Made by a program: the position numbers and the translations under genes
Assembly: GCA_032718475.1 (NCBI GenBank)
Contig: JAUCBJ010007253.1
Coordinates: 1-64,000 of the forward strand
Length of the DNA: 64,000 bases
Origin: Nemertoderma westbladi
Lineage: Eukaryota > Animalia > Xenacoelomorpha
Direction: 5' to 3'
Shown: one piece after another, positions 33,803 to 47,060 of the stretch
Layout of the letters: each line of letters starts with the position of its first letter
Numbering within the stretch: the stretch's first letter is position 1
Notes under the pieces: model-generated
What the model was told of the DNA's origin: nothing
Seen by the model: the letters and a program-made list of their open reading frames with translations, nothing else
The model's database searches: none

Positions 33803-36800
33803 GGCTTAAAATCACAAAAAGTGGCCAAAAAAATTATTTTTTTTGTAAAAAAAAAAAGTTTCCCAAAGTATGTAATATTATATATCACCAGAAAGCTCTT
33901 GATGCACTGAATTCAATGGTGGTAATTTCCCAATAGCCCCGACCTCATGGTAACAAATAATTGAGAAAAACAGATGTCCATTCCTGTAACACTTGTCCCA
34001 CAATGTAACGCCCGAAATCAGCCAATCAGAGCCCTTGAATGGTGATTTCCGATGCCTGTAACAATTTGTCCCACCATGTAACACCAGTTGTAATTACATT
34101 GAAATGTTAAATTAACCTAGATTTCGTCTCTGAGTGGGAGCTATGCAGCCATTCCTGATCCCAGTAACACATCCCAATTAAGCATATTTGAAAATATAAT
34201 CAATCATAATAAATCTTTATGGTCCCCATTTCTGGAAAAATTATAAAATATTATAGTTTATCAAATAAACATAAAGAGTTTATTAAAACATTTTAACCAC
34301 TTAAGGTACTTTAGTGACGATTTATATGAAAATTCACAAAAGTATGACGAGTTTATTACTGAGTTTATAACTGTATATCACTATGGCTGAGCAGTTAGTC
34401 AAAACCTATAAATTGTTCATCAGTTTCATCTCCACCCTCCACAGAACCTCCTGTACTCCCCACTCCATCTTCTACACCCTCCATAGATTCTCCTGTATTC
34501 CAAACGTTATCTTGTATAGCCGCCACGGATCTTCCCATACCCCCCACTCCTTCAAAACCTGTAAATTGTTCATTATCACTTTCATCCCCACCCTCCACAG
34601 ATCCACCTGTACCTTCCACTCCAACTTCCCCACCCTCCTCAGATCCTCCTGTACTTCTCACCCTGTCTCCCACACCCTACACAGATCCTCCTGTACTTCC
34701 CACTCCGTCTCCCACACCCTCCACATATCCTCCTGTACTTCTCACCCTGTCTCCCACACCCTCCACAGATCCTCCTGTACTTCTCACCCTGTCTCCCACA
34801 CCCTCCACAGATCCTCCTGTACTTCTCACCCTGTCTCCCACACCCTCCACAGATCCTCCTGTACTTCCCACTCCGTCTCCCACACCCTCCACATATCCTC
34901 CTGTACTTCTCACCCTGTCTCCCACACCCTCCACAGATCCTCCTGTACTTCTCACCCTGTCTCCCACACCCTCCACAGATCCTCCTGTACTTCTCACTCT
35001 GTCTCCCACACCCTCCACAGATCCTCCTGTACTTTTCACCCTGTCTCCCACACCCTCCACAGATCCTCCTGTACTTCTCACCCTGTCTCCCACACCCTCC
35101 ACAGATCCTCCCATAGCTCCCACTCCGTCTCCCACACCCTCCACAGATCATCCTGTACTTCCCACTCCGTCTCCCACACCCGCCACAGATCCTCCTGTAC
35201 TTCCCACTCCGTCTCCCACACCCTCCACAGATCCTCCTGTACCTTTCACCCTGTCTCCCACACCCTCCACAGATCCTCCTGTACTTTCACCCTGTCTCCC
35301 ACACCCTCCACAGATCCTCCTGTACTTTTCACCCTGTCTCCCACACCCTCCACAGATCCTCCCATTCTCCTCTCGCACCTCTACCCACTGCTCTCGCACT
35401 AACTACTCCTCTCGCTCCTCCAACTGCTCCCCTTCCACATCTACCTTTTCCCCTCGCACCTCCAACTGCTCCCCTTGCACCTCTACCTTTTCCCCTCACA
35501 CCTCTAACTGCTCCCCTTGCACCTCTATTTTTTCCCTCCCACCTCTAACTGCTCCCCTCACGGAGCTCCCAATCACCCTCTCCCAATCGCAGAAGATAGA
35601 TCTAAGATGGACCGCATTCCATATAAGACAGATCACTATTATTAGTCCTATTTTTATTTATTATCAGTATCTTGAGACCGGAACGGCGGCAAGCTGATGT
35701 CTAATAAGTAATGAAATGTGGTCTCTATTCTATACCGTAGTCACATAGTGTCTGTATCAGTGTCTTATAACTGGTTCTGGTTAGGATTAGTTTGTTTAGT
35801 AGTCAATAGTAAACTCTATGCACTGCGCAGATCTGTAGATCCAATAACTTCGAATCAAACGCAATAAAGAGGCAGCACTGATACTGTTACCGGTACTACT
35901 GTAGGTAGGTAAGTACCAATTCACAGTTAATACTGCTGTTATGTGTGCATGACCTACAGTCTTATCAATATTATGAAGTCTGCACTACTAAAGTGTTACA
36001 GGTGAGACATGTCTTACTCTGTAGCCCAAAATTATTCGATTTACATGTTACATGTGGGACGTCCCGCCCTGTAACGATTTTTTGTGTTACAGGCTTTTGT
36101 TACAGGTGGGACAAAGCTCATGCTGATAAATGTAAAAGCAACTAAAGTCTATTCCATAGTCAATTGTTGCCACAAATGATTACTCACGCAAAAGACCAAG
36201 AACTTGGCTATCTTCTGATATTTGAATCTTCATATCAAGTTTGTTAGAACTGATTCTAGAGCATGGTAAAGCAGTGCACTTGGTGGGATAAATATTTTTC
36301 CATTTGACGCAACACCGCCGCGGCCGCTATGAGGGAGGTGAATACCGCGGCCGCTCCTAAAGCCGCAGGCCATCGCTAACTATATAGGTTAACTTGGGAT
36401 TCTGGGGGACTTTTCGATGAATGAACTGACCAAATTTTTTTATTTTCTCACCAGGGGAGCGGCTCGGAATTCTAACATATTAGCAACTCTAACATTATTA
36501 AATCTAACCCTTCGACGGACACGGCGGACAAAAAACCGTCATTTTTTCGACAATTTTAAAATTTTTTTGAAAGGCGCTCTACAGTGGCTCGAAAAAACCC
36601 TAGGTTATTGCTTAGCCGACGCCGGGATACGATAGAAGGGATTAATTAGTGAATTCGTTTTTTTTTCAAAAAAGATTACCACGCCTTTTTTCCGAAAATG
36701 TCCGTCAAAGTTGAAAAAACGGACAAAATGACTTTGCGGGATCCGCTATAACTCGGCTAATATTAATCGTACGGGGACGAAAGTAACGCGGTTGGAAAGG

Positions 36801-39800
36801 GAAAGAGTGGTACTACCTTCGTATCGAATGGGGGTAAGATATTTATTAAAATTTCGGGTGGAAAAAGGGGCTGTAAATTTGTACGTTTTTGTCCGTCTTT
36901 TTTGGAAAACTTATTTCCGAAATGTTTAATTCGACAACGCGGGTAGGAATCCACTAATTCTGTTAGGAAACTCGTAGAAGACCATTGGGGCTACGTTCCT
37001 ATCGAATGGGGGTACAAAAAATATGTCGGCAATAGGGGCCAAAAAGGGCCAGAATTTGTAAAGTAGTTTTTATCGAATATTTTTTTATTTTTAACTTTAG
37101 TTGGTTAAGGTACATTCTATACAGTCAATATCCATACGGGGAATTCAAATATGCTATCGGTTTTGCTCCAAGGATGATATTAAAAAAATGAGGGCCAAAA
37201 TTATAATTTCGCGCTTCAAACTTGCTTCGCGGGAAATCGTCTAGCTCGAAAACTACTTAACTTACGGGAGATTTGTTTACACAGACTTATAGTGCGTTAA
37301 ATTATCTATCTAACAGCGTTAATCACAGCGCCGGAGGTATTATAAAACTGGAGCGGCAGGAGATCGTGTGAAATATAATATTTATAAAAAGGGACGAAAA
37401 ATTTTTTTTTTAACAAATCGCTATTCCATTATAATTTAACGTATTGCGCCAAAAGTACCTGTAAAAAGTATCAAATTAACTCCGCTATCTTTTATCTTAA
37501 CATATATAATTAAAATTACGAATTTTTAGGATCGAAAAATATCGCGTTATTTTGGCCCTTTATTTTAATTTTTTTGGGGCCAATAATAACCCCTTCTCAA
37601 AAGATTAAGAAAAAAATTACGGCAAAGAATATACCAATTTTATTGAATTTGGACCACCAGAACCGAAGTTAGAGCGATTTTAGTGAAAAAATAAAAATAA
37701 TTTTTTTTGCAAAAAAATTAAGAATGGTCAGGTCAATATTGGATTTCGAACCCGCGAACTTCGGTTTCATTAACGTGATTGATAACCACTAGACTATGTG
37801 ACCAAGAGAATTTGAAATTTTCGAGTGACTATTTTTAAACATAAATAACTTCGGTTCTACAGGGCCGTTTAATCTGAAACTTTTTTCATTGGATAGAGGA
37901 TAGATTGTAGTGTGTGAAATAGGATAAAACTTGGGAAAAGACTTATGTGCACTTAGTGCAAAATGCACTTAAATAGTGAACATTTTTTCGATATTTCGAA
38001 CACTATTATTTCCAGTTCTATTCATCGTAGAATGTTATTTTTTGGATTAAAATGTAGTTTGGAATGATTTCTAACTATAATCGTAACATTTGTTTAACTT
38101 TTTATGACTATAAAGTTACTTAAAATGTCCATGAATATGGTCCAAAATCGCAAATCCAGATTTATTAAATTGGATTTTTGACACTTTTAGCGACTGACAC
38201 TTGATCATACACCATCGTACTGTAGATCGGTAGAGGATAAACATAAGTTTGTTAAATAAGAGCCAACATTACGATCTGCTAAAGTGCATTTGTACAAATA
38301 AGTGTGCAAAAGTGCAAATTTTTTAATAAGGTCAAATTATATAGTATTGGGTTATTTTCTTTGCAGATACTTTATTTTCATATTAATATGTTGTTTGAAC
38401 CTTCCTGAGCGCATTAGGGGATATGCGTACAAATAACCGGCCCTTATGAGGCTTCGATTGGGTAAATTAATAAAACATAAGGTTGTATAGTATAATATTC
38501 TAAAAACCAGTGTGATATTAAATGCACTTTAAATAATAAATAGAAATCAAATAACAATTGGACCACACAATTAAAAACTCGCACAATTTTGTACTTATTA
38601 TATCGCTTCAAATTAATTTAACAGTGGATATTTGGGGAAAGGGAGAAGTTACAGTGTGCATTCGGGGGAAGTTTGGTGAACTGCATTTATGCAGTGAATC
38701 CAAACTCCCCCTTTGAGATATCATATACTTAAGACATGCTAGGGTGATGGGGAAATATTTGTTACTGTCACACTTTGCTTCCATTTATCCTATCCTTTAT
38801 TATTACCCCAGTCAGATAAGAGATAATAAATCAGTAAAAACTAAACTAAACTGTCTTTCATGCAAACAAATTTCTAATTAAAGACGGGTGAATGACCATG
38901 ACCATGGAAATAATTTTAAATATAATTGTATATCAACTATTTGGGGAGGCTTCCAAGTTAAACCCGAAAACAATTATTTTGTTACATAGTAAATAACGTT
39001 GTATGTTCTTCTTCCTCTCATAATAAAATATAAATGAAATATCTCAGATCGCTATGCCCTGTAACATTTCACAACCAAAATATTTAAGTGTGAAAAGTGT
39101 AGGCCTACCACACTCCGCCCAAACAACCGCAAACGCATAGCCAACAAATTTAACAAAAGGTTACATACATGTTGGGTTCATGACGAGATGAGTGAAAATT
39201 GATCGCGTAATATAAAGTAAAAAATTAAGAGACGGGCTGGCTCTCCTCCACTTTCTTACCCAATGGATATGTTGTTGTAATAATCTAATATTGGGGCGGC
39301 TTTCTCTCGGTGTTACACATGGGACAATCCTAATTGACATAATCGACTCTCACGTATAAAACCAGCCATATCTCTGGTTGTGTTTAGTATTTTTTCGTAA
39401 AATCTGGAACATTCCACTTCTTGAAGATTTTCCTTTCAAATAAGAATTTAGTTTATAGAATCCCAATAAAATCCTTTTGGTGAATTCAGGTGTTACCGTT
39501 TGGGACAAGTAATTGTCAAAAATAGGGGTATATTATCTATTGTTTTATTTAAATATGATATCAATAAGACAATTTGGGAGTTATTCCATTGCATTCCTCT
39601 ATTATTTCGCTTTAAAATGAGCTATAACTTGTTGAAATACACCCAGTAGATGTCAAAATACATCCCCCAGAATACAATCAACTTTTTTGGACAATTGAAA
39701 AACCTGCATTTTTTAGTACTAAAAGGTCTGTAAAATCTTTCAAAGTCGGAGTGGCAGTATGATTTTTTGTGCATCTGTTGGACCATAAAATTATCTTCAA

Positions 39801-39900
39801 AAATATATATAACTTTACTAGGTTCCAAAAAAAATTTCATTCTAAAATTAAGTCGAATCGTGTGGGAAACGTTTTTGGCCACTTTTTGTGAGTTTGGGCC
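33803..39900. mobile_element. large non-autonomous DNA transposon remnant, possibly Academ-like, carrying nested repeats
   Basis: Imperfect TIRs GGCTTAAAATCACAAAAAGTGGCCAAAAA and TTTTTGGCCACTTTTTGTGAGTTTGGGCC, with TACC on both flanks. Subterminal TGTCCCAC..TGTAAC motifs on the left and inverted TGTTAC...GGGACAA motifs on the right. Confidence 0.5.
34630..35370. repeat. 42-bp C-rich minisatellite with degenerate flanks (34420-35570)
   Basis: (CTCCACAGATCCTCCTGTACTTCTCACCCTGTCTCCCACACC)n. Confidence 0.95.
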
Positions 39901-40245
39901 TACCATCATTATTCAATTTTTTCAATTTTAAATTACTGGTACATTAGTAAATATAAGTTTTATTTACAATTAGCGATACAATTAATCTTTTTCACGATTA
40001 ATCGTGAAATTTATACTAATGAAAATTAATCGTACGATTGAGATTAATCGTGAGTTTTTTTTCACACTCGCCCAGAACATAATAAATATCAGCTGTGTTT
40101 GTGGCGGAAATTCCAAGTTCAGGTTCAATTACATTGTAAAGAAGACCTATTGAGCTGTAAAGAGTCATTAATTCGCCAGTGGATGTGATTTTGTAATGCG
40201 ATATACGTTGTATTCTATAGATAATAACTTTTGAATACAATTTAC

Positions 40246-40815
40246 ACCCAGTTAGTTAGTGGGGTCCCCTACCCCAGTTAGTGGGGCCCCCTACCCCAGT
40301 TAGTGGGGTCCCCCTACCCCAGTTAGTGGGGTCCCCTACCCCAGTTAGTGGGATCCCCTACCCCAGTTAGTGGGGTCCCCTACCCCAGTTAGTGGGGTCC
40401 CCTACCCCAGTTAATGGAGTCCCCTACCCCAGTTAAGGGGGGCCCCCTACCCCAGTTAGGGGGTCCCCTACCCCAGTTAGTGGGATCCCCTACCCCAGTT
40501 AGTGGGGTCCCCTACCCCAGTTAGTGGGGTCCCCTACCCCAGTTAATGGAGTCCCCTACCCCAGTTAAGGGGGGCCCCCTACCCCAGTTAGGGGGGCCCC
40601 CTACCCCAGTTAGTGGGGCCCCCTACCCCAGTTAGTGGGGTCCCCTACCCCAGTTAGTGGGGTCCCCTACCCCAGTTAGTGGGGTCCCCTACCCCAGTTA
40701 GTGGGGTCCCCTACCCCAGTTAGTGGGGTCCCCTACCCCAGTTAGTGGGGTCCCCCTACCCCAGTTAGTGGGGTCCCCCTACCCCAGTTATTGGGGTCCC
40801 CTACCCCAGTTAGTT
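40246..40815. repeat. 22-bp G/C-tract minisatellite (ACCCCAGTTAGTGGGGTCCCCT)n
   Basis: About 26 copies, seen directly. Confidence 0.95.
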
Positions 40816-41502
40816 AATGCTATTTTATTCCAATACAGTGCGAGCCAATAGTAATTGTTATGTTTTCAGTTTTCAGTTTGGATCCCTTGATAGGTGAGGA
40901 TGTAATGGTGGTTGCGCTTGAGGTCCGATGGTCGTTAGGTCCTCCGATATTAAGGGCAGGGTGAGGGTTGCATTGACATTATTATTCTAACTAAGAACAA
41001 TAAAAAATTAATCACCTGTAAATTTTAATACAGTTATGCAGGACCTAAAGACGCAGGACCTAACGACCAACGGACATAATGGCTCGTTACCCTAATAGTA
41101 TGCTATCGGTTATTGGCAAAGCAAATAATCACTTCCAGTGCTCGAATCCCCCATTGGCTTTAGTACACTGCACTCACACATAAAAGCTTCAGTATAGTCT
41201 ATTCCATCCAGTTAGACCGCAGTCTCACCCACATGACAAACATAAACTGCTGAATCTGTTTGCCTAAGTTTATAGTGTATCTTTACTAGTTGTTTAGTTT
41301 TGTTGCATGGTGACGGGGTAGAACAGTTAGTACATTACATGTATAGTTACTTATGTGGGGCGAGCCATGAAATTTGCGGTACCCTATCGAACTGACATTG
41401 TTACCGGTGGGCCATTAATTGCAAGTAGTTTTCGTTGTTGTTGTCCCCGCCTTTATGATTTTGACTTGCTTTAACAACATTTAGGTAACTTTGCGAGATT
41501 AA

Positions 41503-42233
41503 GGGGAGTATCACTTCCAGCGGCTGCAAAATTTTCCAACTTTCTGAAAATTTATGAAATGATTTTTCTTCTACTTTTGTGGTTATGTAGAAGGGCTTTT
41601 CAACAAAATAATTTATTGCTTATATTCATGACTCTCTGTATAAAACAACCTTTTTCTCAGTTTGTCGATTTTGACACTTTTCATCAGTAAATTCCCTACT
41701 ACTTTTTTATTTTTCACTCAATGTTTATCAAACATACCAAAATGTGCAGCAGCTTTAGGGCTACGATCGTGAGTATTGGTTTTGTAAAACATGTTCATTT
41801 GAATGTTCTATGATCCATTATGTAACTGCTTCTCTTTGTCTACCTCAAAATATATGATGTCCGAAATATAGCCCAAACATACTAAAACCCTCATAAAATT
41901 TTCAAAAACAATCAGTTTGTGCTAAAATTTTCGCAGAAGATAGCCTACATATCTAGGTTCATTGGGTCAAATTCTTGAACCGAGAACTGTAACTCAGTTG
42001 GTATTTCAGATCCTTCTACATGAGATATTTTTCATAAAAAAGCCTCAAAATTTTTAACACAAATTTTGAAAAAAAACCGACATTCACAAAATGTTCTATA
42101 TTTTTCGAACGAAATGGTTTGCGAAGGTATCCATACTCAGTTTTATAAGTTAAAAAGCACAGATCATTGTATTACAATTTAAGAACAGTAGCTATAGAAA
42201 TAAAAAATAATATATTTGGGGTGATACTCCCCT
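41503..42233. mobile_element. MITE with TTAA target site and purine-start TIRs (Kolobok-like)
   Basis: TTAA GGGGAGTATCAC ... GTGATACTCCCCT TTAA. Confidence 0.75.
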
Positions 42234-42318
42234 TTAAAGCTGTTGGAGTGGAAATTTGTAGGCATCACTAGGACCTAAAGTTTGAGTAGCTGAACCTTTA
42301 AATGGAGGCTAATCCGTC

Positions 42319-42645
42319 TGCAGTTCACCTGTCTGCCGCTAGAGCGCGAAATTTCTAAAGTGAAAACATTCTCTCATTCCGTTGTTTATAATATGATAAG
42401 GCTGAACTTTGGCAGATATTTATGTAGTAAACTGCGTATATGTGGGGACGCTGTTCTATCTACAGTTCCAATGTCTGCCGCTAGAAGGCGACAGTGTAAC
42501 TTGCAGCCATTTCATATTTATTGTTTATAATCCTTTCCACCTGATTGGTACCTGGCACTTATTTTCTAGACCTCAGGCTGTGTTTTTGTGATGTCTTAAA
42601 CCGTTTGTTTGAACTGCAGTTACCCAGTCCCCCGCTAGAGGGTAA
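42319..42645 (+). promoter_or_regulatory. three CTCF-like sites, each with an upstream motif
   Basis: TRCAGT-N11-CCGCTAGA at 42319, 42461 and 42615, all in the same orientation with identical spacing. Confidence 0.5.
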
Positions 42646-42788
42646 AAGCAGTCGGGGGAAAGTTGTTCTTATGTTGTTTATAATCACGTGCTGTGAGATG
42701 CGAAGACCACCGTTATATAATACGTAATGTCTGTTACATCTGAAGTTGCAAATTTAAAGCCAATTGTCGTCTGTTGCGTAGCAATATT

Positions 42789-45658
42789 TTGGTAGAAAGT
42801 TACCGTCACGTTTGGAGCACTTCTTGGTAGAAAGTTACCGTCACATTTGGAGCCCTTCTTGGTAGAAAGTTACCGTCACATGTGGAGCACTTCTTGGTAG
42901 AAAGTTACCGTCACGTGTGGAGCACTTCTTGGTAGAAAGTTACCGTCACGTGTGGAGCACTTCTTGGTAGAAAGTTACCGTCACGTGTGGAGCACTTCTT
43001 GGTAGAAATTTACCGTCACGTGTGGAGCACATCTTGGTGGAAAGTTACCGTCACGTGTGGAGCACTTCTTGGTAGAAAGTTACCGTCACGTGTGGAGCAC
43101 TTCTTGGTAGAAAGTTACCGTCACATGTGGAGCACTTCTTGGTAGAAAGTTACCGTCACGTGTGGAGCACTTCTTGATAGAAAGTTACCATCACGTGTGG
43201 AGCACTTCTTGGTAGAAAGTTACCGTCACGTGTGGAGCACTTCTTGGTAGAAATTTACCGTCACGTGTGGAGCACATCTTGGTGGAAAGTTACCGTCACG
43301 TGTGGAGCACTTCTTGGTAGAAAGTTACCGTCACGTGTGGAGCACTTCTTGGTAGAAAGTTACCGTCACATGTGGAGCACTTCTTGGTAGAAAGTTACCG
43401 TCACGTGTGGAGCACTTCTTGATAGAAAGTTACCATCACGTGTGGAGCACTTCTTGGTAGAAAGTTACCGTCACGTTTGGAGCACTTCTTTGTAGAAAGT
43501 TACCGTCACGTGTGGAGCACTTCTTGGTAGAAAGTTACCGTCATGTGTGGAGCACTTCTTGGTAGAAAGTTACCGTCACGTTTGGAGCACTTCTTTGTAG
43601 AAAGTTACCGTCACGTGTGGAGCACTTCTTTGTAGAAAGTTACCGTCACGTGTGGAGCACTTCTTGGTAGAAAGTTACCGTCACGTGTGGAGCACTTCTT
43701 GGTAGAAAGTTACCGTCACGTGTGGAGCACTTCTTGGTAGAAAGTTACCATCACGTGTGGAGCACTTCTTGGTAGAAAGTTACCGTCACGTTTGGAGCAC
43801 TTCTTTGTAGAAAGTTACCGTCACGTGTGGAGCACTTCTTGGTAGAAAGTTACCGTCACGTGTGGAGCACTTCTTGGTAGAAAGTTACCGTCACGTGTGG
43901 AGCACTTCTTGGTAGAAATTTACCGTCACGTGTGGAGCACATCTTGGTGGAAAGTTACCGTCACGTGTGGAGCACTTCTTGGTAGAAAGTTACCGTCACG
44001 TGTGGAGCACTTCTTGGTAGAAAGTTACCGTCACATGTGGAGCACTTCTTGGTAGAAAGTTACCGTCACGTGTGGAGCACTTCTTGATAGAAAGTTACCA
44101 TCACGTGTGGAGCACTTCTTGGTAGAAAGTTACCGTCACGTTTGGAGCACTTCTTTGTAGAAAGTTACCGTCACGTGTGGAGCACTTCTTGGTAGAAAGT
44201 TACCGTCATGTGTGGAGCACTTCTTGGTAGAAAGTTACCGTCACGTTTGGAGCACTTCTTTGTAGAAAGTTACCGTCACGTGTGGAGCACTTCTTTGTAG
44301 AAAGTTACCGTCACGTGTGGAGCACTTCTTGGTAGAAAGTTACCGTCACGTGTGGAGCACTTCTTGGTAGAAAGTTACCGTCACGTGTGGAGCACTTCTT
44401 GGTAGAAAGTTACCATCACGTGTGGAGCACTTCTTGGTAGAAAGTTACCGTCACGTTTGGAGCACTTCTTTGTAGAAAGTTACCGTCACGTGTGGAGCAC
44501 TTCTTGGTAGAAAGTTACCGTCACGTGTGGAGCACTTCTTGGTAGAAAGTTACCGTCACGTGTGGAGCACTTCTTGGTAGAAAGTTACCGTCACGTGTGG
44601 AGCACTTCTTGGTAGAAAGTTACCGTCACGTGTGGAGCACTTCTTGGTAGAAAGTTACCGTCACGTGTGGAGCACTTCTTGGTAGAAATTTACCGTCACG
44701 TGTGGAGCACATCTTGGTGGAAAGTTACCGTCACGTGTGGAGCACTTCTTGGTAGAAAGTTACCGTCACGTGTGGAGCACATCTTGGTGGAAAGTTACCG
44801 TCACGTGTGGAGCACTTCTTGGTAGAAAGTTACCGTCACGTGTGGAGCACTTCTTGGTAGAAAGTTACCGTCACGTGTGGAGCACTTCTTGGTAGAAATT
44901 TACCGTCACGTGTGGAGCACATCTTGGTGGAAAGTTACCGTCACGTGTGGAGCACTTCTTGGTAGAAAGTTACCGTCACGTGTGGAGCACTTCTTGGTAG
45001 AAAGTTACCGTCACATGTGGAGCACTTCTTGGTAGAAAGTTACCGTCACGTGTGGAGCACTTCTTGATAGAAAGTTACCATCACGTGTGGAGCACTTCTT
45101 GGTAGAAAGTTACCGTCACGTGTGGAGCACTTCTTGGTAGAAAGTTACCGTCACGTTTGGAGCACTTCTTTGTAGAAAGTTACCGTCACGTGTGGAGCAC
45201 TTCTTGGTAGAAAGTTACCGTCACGTGTGGAGCACTTCTTGGTAGAAAGTTACCGTCACGTTTGGAGCACTTCTTGGTAGAAAGTTACCGTCACGTGTGG
45301 AGCACTTCTTGGTAGAAAGTTACCGTCACGTGTGGAGCACTTCTTGGTAGAAAGTTACCGTCACGTGTGGAGCACTTCTTGGTAGAAAGTTACCGTCACG
45401 TGTGGAGCACTTCTTGGTAGAAAGTTACCGTCACGTGTGGAGCACTTCTTGGTAGAAAGTTACCGTCACGTGTGGAGCACTTATTGGTAGAAAGTTCCCG
45501 TCACGTGTAGAGCACTTCTTGGTAGAAAGTTACCGTCACGTGTGGAGCACTTCTTGGTAGAAAGTTACCGTCACGTTTGGAGCACTTCTTGGTAGAAAGT
45601 TACCGTCCTGTTTGGAGCACTTCTTGGTAGAAAGTTACCGTCACGTTTGGAGCACTTC
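42789..45658. repeat. 35-bp minisatellite (TTCTTGGTAGAAAGTTACCGTCACGTGTGGAGCAC)n, about 82 copies
   Basis: Seen directly; variant units recur in ordered blocks. Confidence 0.98.
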
Positions 45659-46041
45659 GTGTTACAGATTAGTTATCATTGTGTATATGTTACGGTGTAA
45701 TGTTCTGTATTATGAGTTTCAGGAAGCCTGGAAGGATTTATTTTCCACTGTCCGAGCTCACTCGACCGAATTGTAATAGTGTATTTTTTCGTACCGTTTA
45801 CTTTCTTTTTGTTACGTTTCCTCAAATAATTTCGTTTCATTTCTACTTATTGAACTCGATTTATCGTCGAGATCAACGACGATACATCCCTCTCTCTTTT
45901 TTCAAAATTTTTGAAAGTTTTTTTTAAGTTTTTTTAAGTACAAAACAAGTGTTTGGTCGGTGTGATATTATTTATATAATAACTTTATTAAACTAAATAT
46001 ATACCTGACGTACATTACATAACTTACTGCTTTCTTTTTAG

Positions 46042-46114
46042 ATCCTGCAGTGAAAGCGTCACAATTTCCGATGTAAAGAAATCGCGCAGTGTTACCGACG
46101 AAGCTACTGTCTAG
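46042..46114 (+). CDS. PPM1G: PPM1G-like probable terminal exon
   Basis: Strong acceptor CTTTCTTTTTAG; the phase matches exon 9, giving NKRPRSCSESVTISDVKKSRSVTDEATV*, a basic NLS-like tail as in PPM1G. Summed CDS is 1743 nt, in frame. Confidence 0.7.
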
Positions 46115-47060
46115 CCAATCACAATCGAGCTAATGTACTAACCACTATGTGCTCTATTGTTATTGGGTGGAAACCTCCATAGGTTTAGTAGATATACACC
46201 TGTGGATATTACGATGATTGGTTGCCATTTTTTGGCTAATTTGGCTAATAAATTGGCTAATTTGTCGGAGTCTAATTTGGATTGATCTCATTGGTTGATA
46301 AGCTTGGCAGTAAAAGGGACACAGAGCAGTTTCATCCTTCGGAAAATAACTTTCGGACAAAATCATTCCTTAGAGGCCCTTTCGCAGCCCATGACAACTG
46401 TGCGCACAAAAAGTGGCAAAAATTTTGTTTGTAATAAGTTGTTGAGGTCACAATTGCGTCACATTTAACTTTATTTTCATCTCAAATTGATGTCATTTTA
46501 CTACCAGTGATTTTTTAAATTGATTATAATCGCCAGGTAGTTATTAAGAGATTTATTTAACTGCTAGAATTTAAATGATTTTATTTAGTGCTACAATTTA
46601 GTTGTTTAATTTGCTCACTATAATATAATAATTTAGCGTTTGGCTTTAGCATTAGCTGTTGGTTTTGCCCCCGACATGGGTGGATTTCTCAGCTAGGAGC
46701 GACTTGAAATTGTTAACTATGTTTTTGTATATCAAAACGCAGCCCTAGATGGCTAAACGATACGGCTACTTTGTGCCAAACATAGTAACTGATGGGTTTA
46801 TTTGACAGTAAGATTTTACAGTCAATTATTTTCGATGGCGTTGAATTTATCTTTCACAATCCCGATGCCGTATTTGCAACCGAAGTGACGCCAATTTACC
46901 TGCAATATGGAGGATTAAATATTAAAATTGTTAACTGTAGATTTTTATCATTAAAATAAATTTGTACTGCAGAATTTGACATAAAAGACAAAATAATTAC
47001 ATTAGATTGGAGTTTAGGTTGAATTGAATGGAATCTTTAAGGAATTTTTTAAGGCTCGTT

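Noticed and set aside
34383-35402. 339-aa His/Ser-rich ORF and antisense ORFs
   Set aside because: Produced by the 42-bp minisatellite; no non-repetitive domain.
36505-38450. Possible piggyBac-like element starting TAACCCTTCGACGGACAC
   Set aside because: No matching right TIR or TTAA duplication found.
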